Position numbers and translations under genes: made by a program. A stretch of DNA of 64,000 nt from Candidatus Algichlamydia australiensis (GTDB taxonomy: Bacteria > Chlamydiota > Chlamydiia > Chlamydiales > JAJFMI01): contig JAXCHI010000002.1 of NCBI GenBank assembly GCA_033977065.1, forward strand, positions 1 through 64,000, in the 5' to 3' direction. The notes under the pieces were generated by a model, which worked only from the letters and a program-made list of their open reading frames with translations, was not told the origin of the DNA and searched no databases. How positions within the stretch are numbered: position 1 is the first letter of the stretch; each line of letters starts with the position of its first letter. Of the stretch, positions 28,592 through 38,591 are shown piece by piece.

Positions 28592-29806
28592 TTAGCCGCG
28601 TCTTCCTCTACGGCCCTGTCCGCGACGCCCCTTTGCGGGAACCTGCTTGGCGTCACTCTGTGCTACAGCAGTACGGCCTTGTCTTCCCCTGCGGCCACGT
28701 GCACGACGATTTTTTGCAGAACTCTCTTGAGTATCATTTGGTGCAACAGAAGCGCGGCTTTGTTTTCCTCTGCGACCACGTACACGACGTCCTTTTGCAG
28801 GACTCTCTTGGGCATCATTTTGCGCAACAGAAGCGCGACCTCGTCTTCCTCTGCGACCACGTACGCGACGACCTTTTGCGGGAACTTCTTGCTCGTTGCC
28901 CGTTGCTGCGCCTGCGCGAATATTCCCTCTGCGTCGTCCTCTTCTTCCGCGTTGCTCTTTTATATCGCGGTTTGTTTCAACAGCAACAGGCTCTTTTTCT
29001 GGAGGGACCTCTGCTGGTAGAGCAACGGGGGCAGGAGCGGGCCTTGGTACAGGTCGTGGTTGGACTACCGGAACAGTTTTTGGTGGTGGTGCAGGCTTTC
29101 TTGTAGTAGGTTTTGCATTTTTTTCGATTGTTTTTTGATGCACTAATTGTTCTGTAGAGAGGAATTTTCGGCGTATGGCTTCTTGGATACAGTTTGCCGC
29201 CTCGTTAACTTCGCCCTTTAGCAGCGCTTCACGCGCTCTTTCAAAAAATCGTAGGCACTCTTTCTCAATTTCTTTAATGCATTGTGAGATTTTTGGTGGG
29301 ATTTCATGAAAGCTTGCTAAGCTATCTCCATCATAGAGAAAGTCCCATGCTCCTCCCACCTCTCCTTTAGAGGGGTGTTTTAATGAATTGTTGCGGTGCT
29401 CTATAGCAGCAGCAAAGATGAGAGGTTTCATAGAGGGCAGTGAGTTCTGCATCCCATCGGAGATGGAGGCTTCTACAACATGATTAAGGCTAGAAGTGTC
29501 CATCAAATCGGTAAAAATATTAAACTCTGAGGAGTGAAACGATCTTGAAAAATCTGCAATGGCAAGAGACTCTTCACCAAGTTCTGCATAGAGAAGGCCT
29601 CTGCGGAGAGTTGCTGCTTCAAGCAAATTCGGGCAGTCTGTCTCATTAATCACTTTTGTGTAGCAGCGTTCCGCTTCACGTTCATTAGACCAGCGCCACC
29701 AGTTATCTCCCTGATGGATTAGGCTTTGTGCTTTCTCGTAGCTACTGTTTGCTTTTGCAAACAAGCTGCAGGCGAGAAGAGCAAGGGGCACAATCATCTT
29801 TCTCAT
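28592..29806 (-). CDS. Exported TPR-like protein with a Pro-rich linker and Arg/Gly-rich 27-aa C-terminal repeats
   Basis: Signal peptide MRKMIVPLALLACSLFA and TPR-like RGLLYAELGEESLAIADF. About four 81-bp repeats encode QESPAKGRRVRGRRGRRGRASVAQNDA. Confidence 0.8.
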   Translation of the reverse strand: MRKMIVPLALLACSLFAKANSSYEKAQSLIHQGDNWWRWSNEREAERCYTKVINETDCPNLLEAATLRRGLLYAELGEESLAIADFSRSFHSSEFNIFTDLMDTSSLNHVVEASISDGMQNSLPSMKPLIFAAAIEHRNNSLKHPSKGEVGGAWDFLYDGDSLASFHEIPPKISQCIKEIEKECLRFFERAREALLKGEVNEAANCIQEAIRRKFLSTEQLVHQKTIEKNAKPTTRKPAPPPKTVPVVQPRPVPRPAPAPVALPAEVPPEKEPVAVETNRDIKEQRGRRGRRRGNIRAGAATGNEQEVPAKGRRVRGRRGRRGRASVAQNDAQESPAKGRRVRGRRGKQSRASVAPNDTQESSAKNRRARGRRGRQGRTAVAQSDAKQVPAKGRRGQGRRGRRG

Positions 29807-29881
29807 ACGTTTCTCCTTGTTATAAACATTTCAGGTAATATTAATTTTATATTTAGAGATTTTAAAGACAAGAAAAATTTT

Positions 29882-30577
29882 TCAATTGCTCTCATCATCT
29901 GTGATGATAAGAGGGTAGGTATCGTCCTCTGCTACTTTATCCAGGGAGATCCCTGCAAATCCCATAAAACTTAAAGAGATTAATCCTGTCATTATAAATG
30001 TGATTCCCATCCCTTTGAGTCCAGGAACAACATTTGAATAGGTAAGTTTTTCGCGAATAGATGCAATAAGGAGAATCGCAATCCACCAGCCGATTCCAGT
30101 TGAAAAGACGTAGACGATGTGTGGCACGATTGGGTACTCGCGTACTGTCGCAAAGAGAGAAGCTCCTAAAATTGCGCAGTTAACTGTAATTAAAGGGAGG
30201 TACATTCCAAGAGCGCGGTAGAGTGGTGGAGAGAATTTTTCAATAAAGATTTCCAAAACTTGTACAAGGGCAGCAATGACGGAGATGTAGATGATGAGTT
30301 GCAGAAAGTTTAAATTGATTTTCCCGGGATCGATACCAAACACAGAGAGCCATGAGAGAGCTCCGTCACCTGTAAGGTAGTGGTTGATGAACCAGTTGGC
30401 TGTCCCTGAAATGGTGGTGACAAAAATAACGGCTAAGCCGAGCCCATTTGCCGTTTTAATTTTTGCAGAACAGGCGAGGTAAGAACACATCCCCAGAAAG
30501 TAAAAGAGAAGAATATTTTGAATGAAGATCGATTGAATTGCCAGCCCAATGAGATTGACCCAAGAGTAATTGCCCAT
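29882..30577 (-). CDS. nqrE: Na+-translocating NADH:quinone reductase subunit E
   Basis: FLGMCSYLA and LPLITVNCAILG. Confidence 0.95.
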   Translation of the reverse strand: MGNYSWVNLIGLAIQSIFIQNILLFYFLGMCSYLACSAKIKTANGLGLAVIFVTTISGTANWFINHYLTGDGALSWLSVFGIDPGKINLNFLQLIIYISVIAALVQVLEIFIEKFSPPLYRALGMYLPLITVNCAILGASLFATVREYPIVPHIVYVFSTGIGWWIAILLIASIREKLTYSNVVPGLKGMGITFIMTGLISLSFMGFAGISLDKVAEDDTYPLIITDDESN

Positions 30578-31213
30578 TTACAGCTCTCCCTTGTGTTTGA
30601 TCAAATTCGCGATCCAGATCAGAAAGCCTAAAATGAAAAATGCCGAGGGAGCTAAGGCCATTAAATTATTATTAAAGTAGGCGTCTGGATGCGCCTCTGA
30701 GGCGTAAAACATGGTAGGGATAAGTTGAAAGCCAAAAAGGGTGCCAAAGCCAAAAAATTCGCGAATGACACCCACGGTAAGGAGTACAATCGCATAGCCT
30801 GCAGCGGCACCAGCACCATCGAAAAAAGCAGGAAGAGGAGCTACGTTGCGTGCCATGCTCTCAGCTCTTCCCATTACAAGGCAGTTAGTAATGATCAAGC
30901 CGACAAAAACAGAGAGGCTAAGTGACATCTGGTAGAGGTAAGCTTTTAAAAACTCATCTACGGTAATCACAAAGAGGGAGATGATTGCAAGTTGTGCGAT
31001 CATGCGCACACTATCAGGTGTCTTATTGCGGATGAGCGAAACAAAGAAGCAGCTAAAGGAGGTCACAAAAATTACGGCAAGGCCCATTGTAATTGCGACA
31101 TTCACTTTAATTGTCACAGCCAAAGCAGAGCAGATACCTAGTACTGCTACAAGAATCTGGTTTTCTTGCCAGAGTTGCTCAACAAAATAAGTTTTAATTG
31201 GCTTTTTGCTCAT
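30578..31213 (-). CDS. nqrD: Na+-NQR subunit D
   Basis: [10 protein letters not shown] and [17 protein letters not shown]. Confidence 0.96.
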   Translation of the reverse strand: MSKKPIKTYFVEQLWQENQILVAVLGICSALAVTIKVNVAITMGLAVIFVTSFSCFFVSLIRNKTPDSVRMIAQLAIISLFVITVDEFLKAYLYQMSLSLSVFVGLIITNCLVMGRAESMARNVAPLPAFFDGAGAAAGYAIVLLTVGVIREFFGFGTLFGFQLIPTMFYASEAHPDAYFNNNLMALAPSAFFILGFLIWIANLIKHKGEL

Positions 31214-32006
31214 TTGCTTTAATCAAAAATGGTCTATATTGTGCTAAACAGTTACGATACGCTTCTGAAACACCGCGCATCGTCTCTGTTGCTCCTGTCA
31301 CACCATCTACAGAACTATCTGCAAGTGGACTATCTCCTAATTCCTTTACACTTTTTATAATATTGATTCCCAAAGGGGCTGTCTTGTAATCAGTGTTTCC
31401 ATCCGCATTCTTCTGGAAAACTACTTTATTGTAAAATTGTGCTTGCCACGCTTGTGTAGAAATTTCTGCACCAAGTCCTGGTGTCTCTTTCTGTTCGTAC
31501 CAGGTGGTTCCTAAAATGGTATCGGCATCGCTTTCAATTGCGATGTAGCCATAAATTGCGTCCCACAGGCCATACCCATTGATTGGAATAATATACGCAT
31601 CAGGTGTTGTAGCCTCTTTTTTTTGTACGAGGTAGAGAAGCTTATATTTGAGTTTGGAAAACCCATACTTTGTGTTTTCTCGTCTGTACACTTCTTCATC
31701 GATACCCGCCTCTTCAAATGTGTAGAGGTTTCCCTGAGTGTCTGTTAATCGCGGTTGAATGTTTTCTTTTACAAAGGTGGTAATCTCACTATTTGTCGCT
31801 TTTTTTACCGGAACTCCATCCTCTAAGAAAAATCCTCGATGATTGAGAATGCGTGCAGCAATAAGCATCTGTTTGCTTTGGTAGAGTTCTTGTGCCTCTT
31901 TCTGTTTTGAAGAGAGTGTCGAGGCGAGAAAAGAGAGGAGTCCTGCACAAATAAGGCAGAGAGTGGTCACAAAAAGAAGGGTGTAGCGATTAGACGATTT
32001 TGGCAT
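31194..32006 (-). CDS. nqrC: Na+-NQR subunit C
   Basis: [15 protein letters not shown] and the FMN-Thr motif VDGVTGAT. Confidence 0.95.
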   Translation of the reverse strand: MPKSSNRYTLLFVTTLCLICAGLLSFLASTLSSKQKEAQELYQSKQMLIAARILNHRGFFLEDGVPVKKATNSEITTFVKENIQPRLTDTQGNLYTFEEAGIDEEVYRRENTKYGFSKLKYKLLYLVQKKEATTPDAYIIPINGYGLWDAIYGYIAIESDADTILGTTWYEQKETPGLGAEISTQAWQAQFYNKVVFQKNADGNTDYKTAPLGINIIKSVKELGDSPLADSSVDGVTGATETMRGVSEAYRNCLAQYRPFLIKANEQKAN

Positions 32007-32064
32007 GAACCGATCTCATTAAAGCTGTTATTTGAATTTTTTTTGTTATTTTGAGGCAATTTCC

Positions 32065-32122
32065 CTCTGTACTGGACAAAAATTTCACCAATGGGAGAGC
32101 TGCGCCTTTATGAAATAGATTC
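32065..32122 (-). mobile_element. Right-end fragment of the family B palindromic element, overlapping the nqrB stop
   Basis: The reverse complement is 56/58 identical to 19424-19481. Confidence 0.92.
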
Positions 32123-33625
32123 ATATCGTCTCCTTCTCATGCGTTTGAGAGCAAAGTGGTCAAAGAGGGGGGCAAAAACGTTACCAAGCAAGATGGCGAG
32201 CATCACACCTTCAGGGTATGCGGGATTGATCGTTCGAATCAAAATCGCCATGGCACCTACAAAAATTCCGTAAATCCACTTGGCGCGGTTAAGACTTGGA
32301 GAGGAGACGGGATCTGTCAACATAAAGACAAGACCAAAAGCAAAGCTCCCAATCAATAGATGTTTATATGCAGGGAAATCAAATTTCGCGGGATTCCACG
32401 CGCCGTGGTTAGGGCCAATCCAAGAAGAAGCAAACTCAAATAGATAGGCAATGCCTAAGGCGCCAATTAACATAGCCAACATGGAACGCCAAGAGCCGAT
32501 GCGTGTTACAAGGAGGACTAGTGCACCGAATAGAACAAAGAGAGTGGAGGTCTCACCCATAGAGCCCAGCATGTTTCCGAAGAAAAAATTACCATTTGTA
32601 AAGAGGCCACTACCCCATTTGAGTTTGGCGAATTGAAAGGCACTCTCAAAATTTTCTGGGGAGAGACCAAGACCGCCACTCTCTATCTTTGCGGTGATAA
32701 AATTTTTCAATTGTGTGGGATTGAGCATACCCAGTTTTGCTCCTGGGGCAAAAAGCGCGCTCCATTTTGCGAACTGTAGGGAAATCAGATCCCATGTACC
32801 TACTTTTTCGGTAAACTGTGTCGCAATCGCATCTACATGAATGCGTTTTATTTCAAAAGGAATATTAAAAATTCCAAGAGGGGTGTCTTGTGAAATGCCA
32901 TCAAGTGTGCCGAGATCAAGAGAGTGATTCATTGCCTGAATACTCTCTTTAATTTTGACCGGGTTTGTCCCTACCCAAATTTGCCCCGCCATCTTTGTTG
33001 GGTAGGCAAAAAAGAGAAAGCAGCGACATGTGAGGGCAGGATTTAAAATATTCATTCCCGAGCCGCCAAACAGCTCTTTGCTTAAAATAATTCCAGCACT
33101 CACACCCACAGCGACCATCCAGTAGGGAATGGTTGGAGGCAGAATAAGAGCAAACAAGATCCCTGAAACTAAAAATCCTTCGGAAATTTCGTGGCGTCTG
33201 ACAATAGCAAAAAGGGCTTCCCAAAATCCCCCAACAGCATAGGAGATGATGAGAACAGGTAAAAAAGCGCCGCAACCGTAAAGCAAAATTTTCCCTATAT
33301 GCGAAAAACCAAATTGAAAATATTTAGGAAAACTTTTTGAGGCTTCAAGATAAGACTCTAAAAAAGCAAGATCACCGCTACTGTAGACCAACTTTTGTAG
33401 ACCCGTATTCCAAATGGCCATAAGGGTACAGGGCAGCAGAGCAAAGACAACAATCACCATCCAGCGCTTGAGATCGATCGCGTCACGAATGTGAGGGCCA
33501 GATCGCGTTTGATCGGGAACCTCGTAGAAAAAACTATCAAGGGCAGTTACAAGAGGGCGAAACCGGTTGAGTGGTCCACCTTCTTCACTTATTTTTAGTC
33601 CGTAATCGAAGAGTTTGCGTAGCAT
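32108..33625 (-). CDS. nqrB: Na+-NQR subunit B
   Basis: PHIRDAIDLKRWM, KELFGG.G.NILNPAL, GSMGETS, TDPVS and YPEGVMLAIL. Confidence 0.96.
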   Translation of the reverse strand: MLRKLFDYGLKISEEGGPLNRFRPLVTALDSFFYEVPDQTRSGPHIRDAIDLKRWMVIVVFALLPCTLMAIWNTGLQKLVYSSGDLAFLESYLEASKSFPKYFQFGFSHIGKILLYGCGAFLPVLIISYAVGGFWEALFAIVRRHEISEGFLVSGILFALILPPTIPYWMVAVGVSAGIILSKELFGGSGMNILNPALTCRCFLFFAYPTKMAGQIWVGTNPVKIKESIQAMNHSLDLGTLDGISQDTPLGIFNIPFEIKRIHVDAIATQFTEKVGTWDLISLQFAKWSALFAPGAKLGMLNPTQLKNFITAKIESGGLGLSPENFESAFQFAKLKWGSGLFTNGNFFFGNMLGSMGETSTLFVLFGALVLLVTRIGSWRSMLAMLIGALGIAYLFEFASSWIGPNHGAWNPAKFDFPAYKHLLIGSFAFGLVFMLTDPVSSPSLNRAKWIYGIFVGAMAILIRTINPAYPEGVMLAILLGNVFAPLFDHFALKRMRRRRYESIS

Positions 33626-33669
33626 CTATAGAGAATGTTATAATCAACAGACGGTAGCAAAAAAAGATT

Positions 33670-36600
33670 ATGTGGAAAAGAAAAAAACTTTTATTTCTGA
33701 TCATTCCTGTTTTGGCAGTTGGTTTGCTCTTCTCTTTCCGTCGTCAAGTAGCTACTTTTGCCTTTAAATCCTACCTAGGTCGATATGTAGAGGGGGCTGG
33801 CAAATGTGATCTCACATTTGGTGAAGTGACATGGGAAGGAAAGGGATTTACGATTGAGCGTTTTCATCTCGAGAAAGAGGGGGAGTATGAGCTTAAAATT
33901 CGCAAACTTCACTTTAATTTCCCAAGGGACCTCTATCTCCATAGACCAAAATTTAAAGTTTGCAAAACAGATGGTCCTGCGATCCGTTTAAAAAATCGAC
34001 GTCATAAGGGATCATCAGGAAATCTGATAGTAGAAAAAGGGGAAATTGAAACGCCCCTCTCTAAAGCCTATTTTGCTTATGAAGACGACATTTTGCGCTG
34101 CTATTTCGATGATTCAGAAGTTCTTGCTAACTTTTCCACGCCGCAGAAAAAAGAGTTTTTAACCCACATCTCTACACGTGGGGCAGATGCTGCCTGGCTC
34201 TTTGGGCTTCTCTATCCCTTCGTTCCAACACATGACCTTGAGTTAGAAAAAGGCAAAGTAAAAGGGGAGTTGGATTGGCTTGTTTCAAAAAAAGAGTCCA
34301 CAGCAAAAGGAGCTTTTCATTTTGAAAATCTCTCCGCTAAACGAGGTGATATGGAATTTTTTGCAGAGAACCTCCACCTCTTAGGAACCTGGCCGGAAGC
34401 AAAAGTGGAGCTTACGGGAGGGGAACTAGAACTTTTGTCAGGAAACTACCACTTTTCAGGACTGCAGGGCCGCTATGAGCAGGGGGATGCCCTTTACTTC
34501 TCTTTTGAAGGGGAGTGCGCACATAAAAATCTCTCAGCACCCTTTTTTGTTCAAGGACAGGATTTTGGTGATCGTCTATTTGCAAACCTTCTTTTTGACC
34601 GCAGCTCTCTTGCAAACATCGAAGTGAAAGGATCTGATTTTTGCAACTGTTCCATAAAAGTGGAGTCTCCTCAAATTTTAACTTCACATGTGGAGTGGCT
34701 TAGTCCGATCTCTCCGCTCTTTCACGAAATTACAGAAGGGCGTTTTTCGGGAACTGTTTTTACTCAGATTGAGCAAGGAGCTTGTAAAGAGATCAACGCT
34801 TGTAGCATAAAAGGGGAGAACTTCCTCTTTCGAGACATTGAAGTGGAAGAACTTCTTTTAACGGGATGGATTTCTATAGAAAAACTGGCCCGCTCGCGTG
34901 TGAAGGGAGAGTTTCTCTTGAAAGAGAGGGGAGAGGGAAACTTTTTCTATGAGATGGGGGAGTATGATCTTTCAATTACAGCTCCCCCAGACTTGCTTGT
35001 GGGAAAAGAGAAATGGACGATCCCTTCCCTCTTTCTAGAAGCAAAAGGGAGAATTGCAGGGGAGTTGATTACCGCAAAGGGAAGGGCGCATGCAGGGGAT
35101 GAAAGTGTTGACTTCTCCCTGCTCTACGAAGGAGATTCTTTGCGCAAACTTTCACTCCGCTCAGACCGAATCTCCGACCCTTTTTACAGCTACCCTCTCT
35201 CGTTGACAGGTCACGAGATCGATGTAAAAGGAGAGCTGGCTCTGCGAGCGAGTTTTGATAAAGAGAAAGGGACAGAATTTGAACTTCTTCCAATAGATTT
35301 GACCTATGAAAATGAAGAGCTCATTTTACAGGTGAAAGGAGCAACGATTCCTTCCCATTTTATTTTTGAGCCAGGCAAATGGAAGAGCGAAATCATTCTT
35401 TATGGGTCTGAACTAACAGAAAAATCGCGTGATATTCACTTCACGGGATTGAATGGGCGTCTTTTTCTTGAAAATGGTGTGGGGTACTCCTCTTGGATCG
35501 AGGGGGAAGTAGAGGCGTGTCACATTGGAGGAGAGCTAAAATTCAAAGAGGAGCAGTTTGTCTTTCGGGGCAAAGAGTTTAGAGGGGAGCTTTCAGGGCT
35601 GCTCACCTTTTTGCGCCATTTTGAAATGTTTGAAGATTTAGAGACTCCTCTTACGGGAAAGTTTCAATCTTCAGGTGATGGACTGACAATTATACAAGAA
35701 GATGAAAAGAGAGAGATCCAAGTGGCAATGTGTGTTGAAGGGGGAGAGTTGCCACTTACTTATGACACCTCGGCAAAAGATTTGAGTTGCAAAATCCTCT
35801 TTGACTCCCAAAAAAAAGAGTTTGAAGTCCAAGATCTTACAGGGAAGTTGCACCTTTTTGATACACCTGTTTATGGAATTGATGGGCGTCACCTAGCCAT
35901 TAATGATGGTAAGCTGAGTTTTGACTTGCGCGTAAGCAACCATGTGCGAGAAATCGTGAAACTAGTGGGAAGCGGCATCGCTCCTTTTTCCTACTTGATC
36001 GACCTCGATTTAGAGCAGAGTCACCTCTTCGGAGAGCGTTTTGCAAAGGGATCTTTAGAACTCAAGCCCAATGGAAAAATTGTTGCACTCCACACCACTT
36101 TCCCGCTTCACTTGGAGAGTTTAGAAAGACAGGTGCTTGCCCATCTGCCCGACCTTAAGGAGCATCGTCTTGAAGGGCGCGTAGATCTCTCCTTGACCGT
36201 TGAAGAGAGTGGGCAAAAAGCAGCACTTACACTCTTTGGAGAAAAAGTTAGTATTTTAGAGAGAGCTTACGCTCCTTTTTCTACGCTCTTGATCAAAGAG
36301 GGCAAAGAGATCCATCTCGATCATATTCGACTGGGAATGCACGAGTTGCAAGGCGAAGGAGAGTGGCGTGCCGATCAGCTTGATATTACAAAAATTGTGG
36401 GTTTTTCTCCGCAGGGAGAGATCACAGCCTTGAGTGGCAATTACAATTTTGCAAAAAACCGAGGAGAACTGACTTTTGCTTCGAAAAATTGCAATTTGCA
36501 AAAAGTTTTTCCTGTCCTACCATGCTCTGTTGACGCGCAAGCAAAGCTGCATTTTGATCTGCCCGCCAAATCAATCGAAGGAGAAATGGAACTCCAGAGC

Positions 36601-38058
36601 GCAAAATCCCCGATCTGCTTTGCAACAGAGGAACCGATACAGTTTGATTATAAATGGAGAGAAGGAACAGCAGTAAAAAATATCTCACTCAATGTTGATC
36701 AAGCAAAAATTCGCGTAGAAAAATTGCTCCACCGCAAAGGAGAGTGGCACTGCAGAGGAGTCAATCTCTTTCTGCCTCCCGACACCTTTCGTAAAGTTGC
36801 CCATCTCTCACCCTATCTGGATCCGATTCCTTGGGAGAATCAGATCGACCTCTCAGGTGATTTTAGTTTTGGCAGCGAAGGGATTTCTGCTTTGGGAACG
36901 ATAAAAGAGGGCTACTACTGGATAGGCGGACAGTCACTCTTTCTTGAGAAGGGAGCCTTCTCCATGCAACGCAGCAAACTTTTTCTGGATCTTACGACTT
37001 CGCTTCGGGAATTGCCCATTCAGTTAATAGGGGAAATTGATTGCGCTCACCACTTTCGCACGCAACTCAATCTCAAAACGGATCGCGATTTAGAAGGGCT
37101 GAAAATTGTAGGGGATTGGAAAAATGGTCCTATGATTGAGCGGGTAGAAGGAGAATTTTCCGGGCAGAAAGCCCACTTTATCGGGGCAAATATACCAGAA
37201 GAACTTGATGCCATTGCGCTCTCTGGAAACATCCATTTGGACATCCCTCAACTTTTGCCTCTCTTGCCCCTCAATGTACAAAAGAACCTGCAAAAGATGG
37301 AGTTAACGGGAGGTTATGAACTCTCAGGAGATTTGATTCTAGATCGTACAAAGCCTCTTGATGCTATCTTCCAAGGTTTTTTGAAAGGGCGCTACTTTGG
37401 TTTAAGTGGCAATCAATTTAAAACTCTACTGAGTGAAATTGAAATTACGCAAGACCGCATTTTTCTGCGCGATTTTAACCTCTCAGATGAAGCGATTCTG
37501 ATGAAAGTTAACCATGCACTCTTCTCAAGGAAAGAGAAAGATTGGCACTTTTTTATCCCAAAAATTGCTGTTCAAGACTTTCGTCCCTCGCTCATGCGCA
37601 AAAACCATCGACATGAAAAACGCATGAAACCCTTTACTATCCGTAAAATGGCCATTGAAAAATTAGAAGGCTCTCTAGGTGACCCGCACACGATCACGGG
37701 TCGCGGTTCACTCCACTTTATCAATACCTTCAAACGAAGCAATAATCTTCTTGATATACCTATTGAGATTATCTCCCGTCTCGGACTTGACCAATCGATC
37801 CTCATCCCCGTTATGGGCGATATAGATTTTGTTTTTGAAGATGGAGAGATGCAGCTTGTCAAACTCGACAACTGTTTCAGTGAAGGGCGCCACTCACGCT
37901 TTTCCCTCTCTAAAAATCGCCACTCTTACATCGGCCTTGATGGCTCTATTCATGTTGATATCCGAATGAAACAGCATGTGCTTCTACGCTTTACCCAACC
38001 CTTTATGCTTTCTCTGAGAGGAACCCTTGCTAAACCACGCTACTCTCTTAAAGGATGA
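33670..38058 (+). CDS. Large AsmA/TamB-like membrane-anchored beta-taco protein
   Basis: N-terminal TM helix and ~1400 aa of repetitive beta-strands. The C-terminus LSLRGTLAKPRY is typical of AsmA-like proteins. Confidence 0.7.
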   Translation: MWKRKKLLFLIIPVLAVGLLFSFRRQVATFAFKSYLGRYVEGAGKCDLTFGEVTWEGKGFTIERFHLEKEGEYELKIRKLHFNFPRDLYLHRPKFKVCKTDGPAIRLKNRRHKGSSGNLIVEKGEIETPLSKAYFAYEDDILRCYFDDSEVLANFSTPQKKEFLTHISTRGADAAWLFGLLYPFVPTHDLELEKGKVKGELDWLVSKKESTAKGAFHFENLSAKRGDMEFFAENLHLLGTWPEAKVELTGGELELLSGNYHFSGLQGRYEQGDALYFSFEGECAHKNLSAPFFVQGQDFGDRLFANLLFDRSSLANIEVKGSDFCNCSIKVESPQILTSHVEWLSPISPLFHEITEGRFSGTVFTQIEQGACKEINACSIKGENFLFRDIEVEELLLTGWISIEKLARSRVKGEFLLKERGEGNFFYEMGEYDLSITAPPDLLVGKEKWTIPSLFLEAKGRIAGELITAKGRAHAGDESVDFSLLYEGDSLRKLSLRSDRISDPFYSYPLSLTGHEIDVKGELALRASFDKEKGTEFELLPIDLTYENEELILQVKGATIPSHFIFEPGKWKSEIILYGSELTEKSRDIHFTGLNGRLFLENGVGYSSWIEGEVEACHIGGELKFKEEQFVFRGKEFRGELSGLLTFLRHFEMFEDLETPLTGKFQSSGDGLTIIQEDEKREIQVAMCVEGGELPLTYDTSAKDLSCKILFDSQKKEFEVQDLTGKLHLFDTPVYGIDGRHLAINDGKLSFDLRVSNHVREIVKLVGSGIAPFSYLIDLDLEQSHLFGERFAKGSLELKPNGKIVALHTTFPLHLESLERQVLAHLPDLKEHRLEGRVDLSLTVEESGQKAALTLFGEKVSILERAYAPFSTLLIKEGKEIHLDHIRLGMHELQGEGEWRADQLDITKIVGFSPQGEITALSGNYNFAKNRGELTFASKNCNLQKVFPVLPCSVDAQAKLHFDLPAKSIEGEMELQSAKSPICFATEEPIQFDYKWREGTAVKNISLNVDQAKIRVEKLLHRKGEWHCRGVNLFLPPDTFRKVAHLSPYLDPIPWENQIDLSGDFSFGSEGISALGTIKEGYYWIGGQSLFLEKGAFSMQRSKLFLDLTTSLRELPIQLIGEIDCAHHFRTQLNLKTDRDLEGLKIVGDWKNGPMIERVEGEFSGQKAHFIGANIPEELDAIALSGNIHLDIPQLLPLLPLNVQKNLQKMELTGGYELSGDLILDRTKPLDAIFQGFLKGRYFGLSGNQFKTLLSEIEITQDRIFLRDFNLSDEAILMKVNHALFSRKEKDWHFFIPKIAVQDFRPSLMRKNHRHEKRMKPFTIRKMAIEKLEGSLGDPHTITGRGSLHFINTFKRSNNLLDIPIEIISRLGLDQSILIPVMGDIDFVFEDGEMQLVKLDNCFSEGRHSRFSLSKNRHSYIGLDGSIHVDIRMKQHVLLRFTQPFMLSLRGTLAKPRYSLKG

Positions 38059-38591
38059 GAGACTTCTTCTTTCCTAGAAGCTGTTTGCACTGCAAAGAGC
38101 CGCTCACAGGCAAAGAAAACTTTTTTTGTCCTGTATGTAGAGAGCTTCTGCAACTCCTCTCTCCTAAAAACCGCTGCCCGCGCTGCTTCCGCCCACACCT
38201 GCCCTGCACCTCCTGTCGCAAAAAACCGACAATTTGGACGCGCCGTGCCGCGCTCTTTGATGCAGCAGGTCCAGGCAAAAGTTTGCAGCTGGCGCTTCAT
38301 GAACCCGCTGTCCAGAAACTTGTCGTTTCGTTCATGATTCTCCAAATAGAAAAGCTACAGTGGCCCCAGCCAAATGAAATTCTTTGCCAGCCCTACACTT
38401 TTTTGCAGCGTGTAGCAAAAGGAGCCGATCCCGATCCTGAAATTGTGAAACAACTGAGAAAAAAATTGCGCCTGAAAAAATCGTTGGACACAACTATTCT
38501 TGTGGTGACTTCAGACGGAAGGGAGGTAGATGAAGACAAACTCTTGAGGCGCTTTCCAAAAGAACTCTTACGTCTCGATATCACTCGCTGA
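38055..38591 (+). CDS. ComF-like double zinc-ribbon protein with a reduced PRTase domain
   Basis: DFFFPRSCLHC..CPVC..RCPRC..CTSC. The canonical VDDV.TTG PRPP motif is absent. Confidence 0.7.
   Translation: MRDFFFPRSCLHCKEPLTGKENFFCPVCRELLQLLSPKNRCPRCFRPHLPCTSCRKKPTIWTRRAALFDAAGPGKSLQLALHEPAVQKLVVSFMILQIEKLQWPQPNEILCQPYTFLQRVAKGADPDPEIVKQLRKKLRLKKSLDTTILVVTSDGREVDEDKLLRRFPKELLRLDITR

Noticed and set aside
28633..29138. Alternative-frame and antisense ORFs over the Arg-rich repeats
   Set aside because: They are by-products of the GC-rich 81-bp repeat. The same applies to the many short shadow ORFs inside tkt, clpC, proS, lepA and others.
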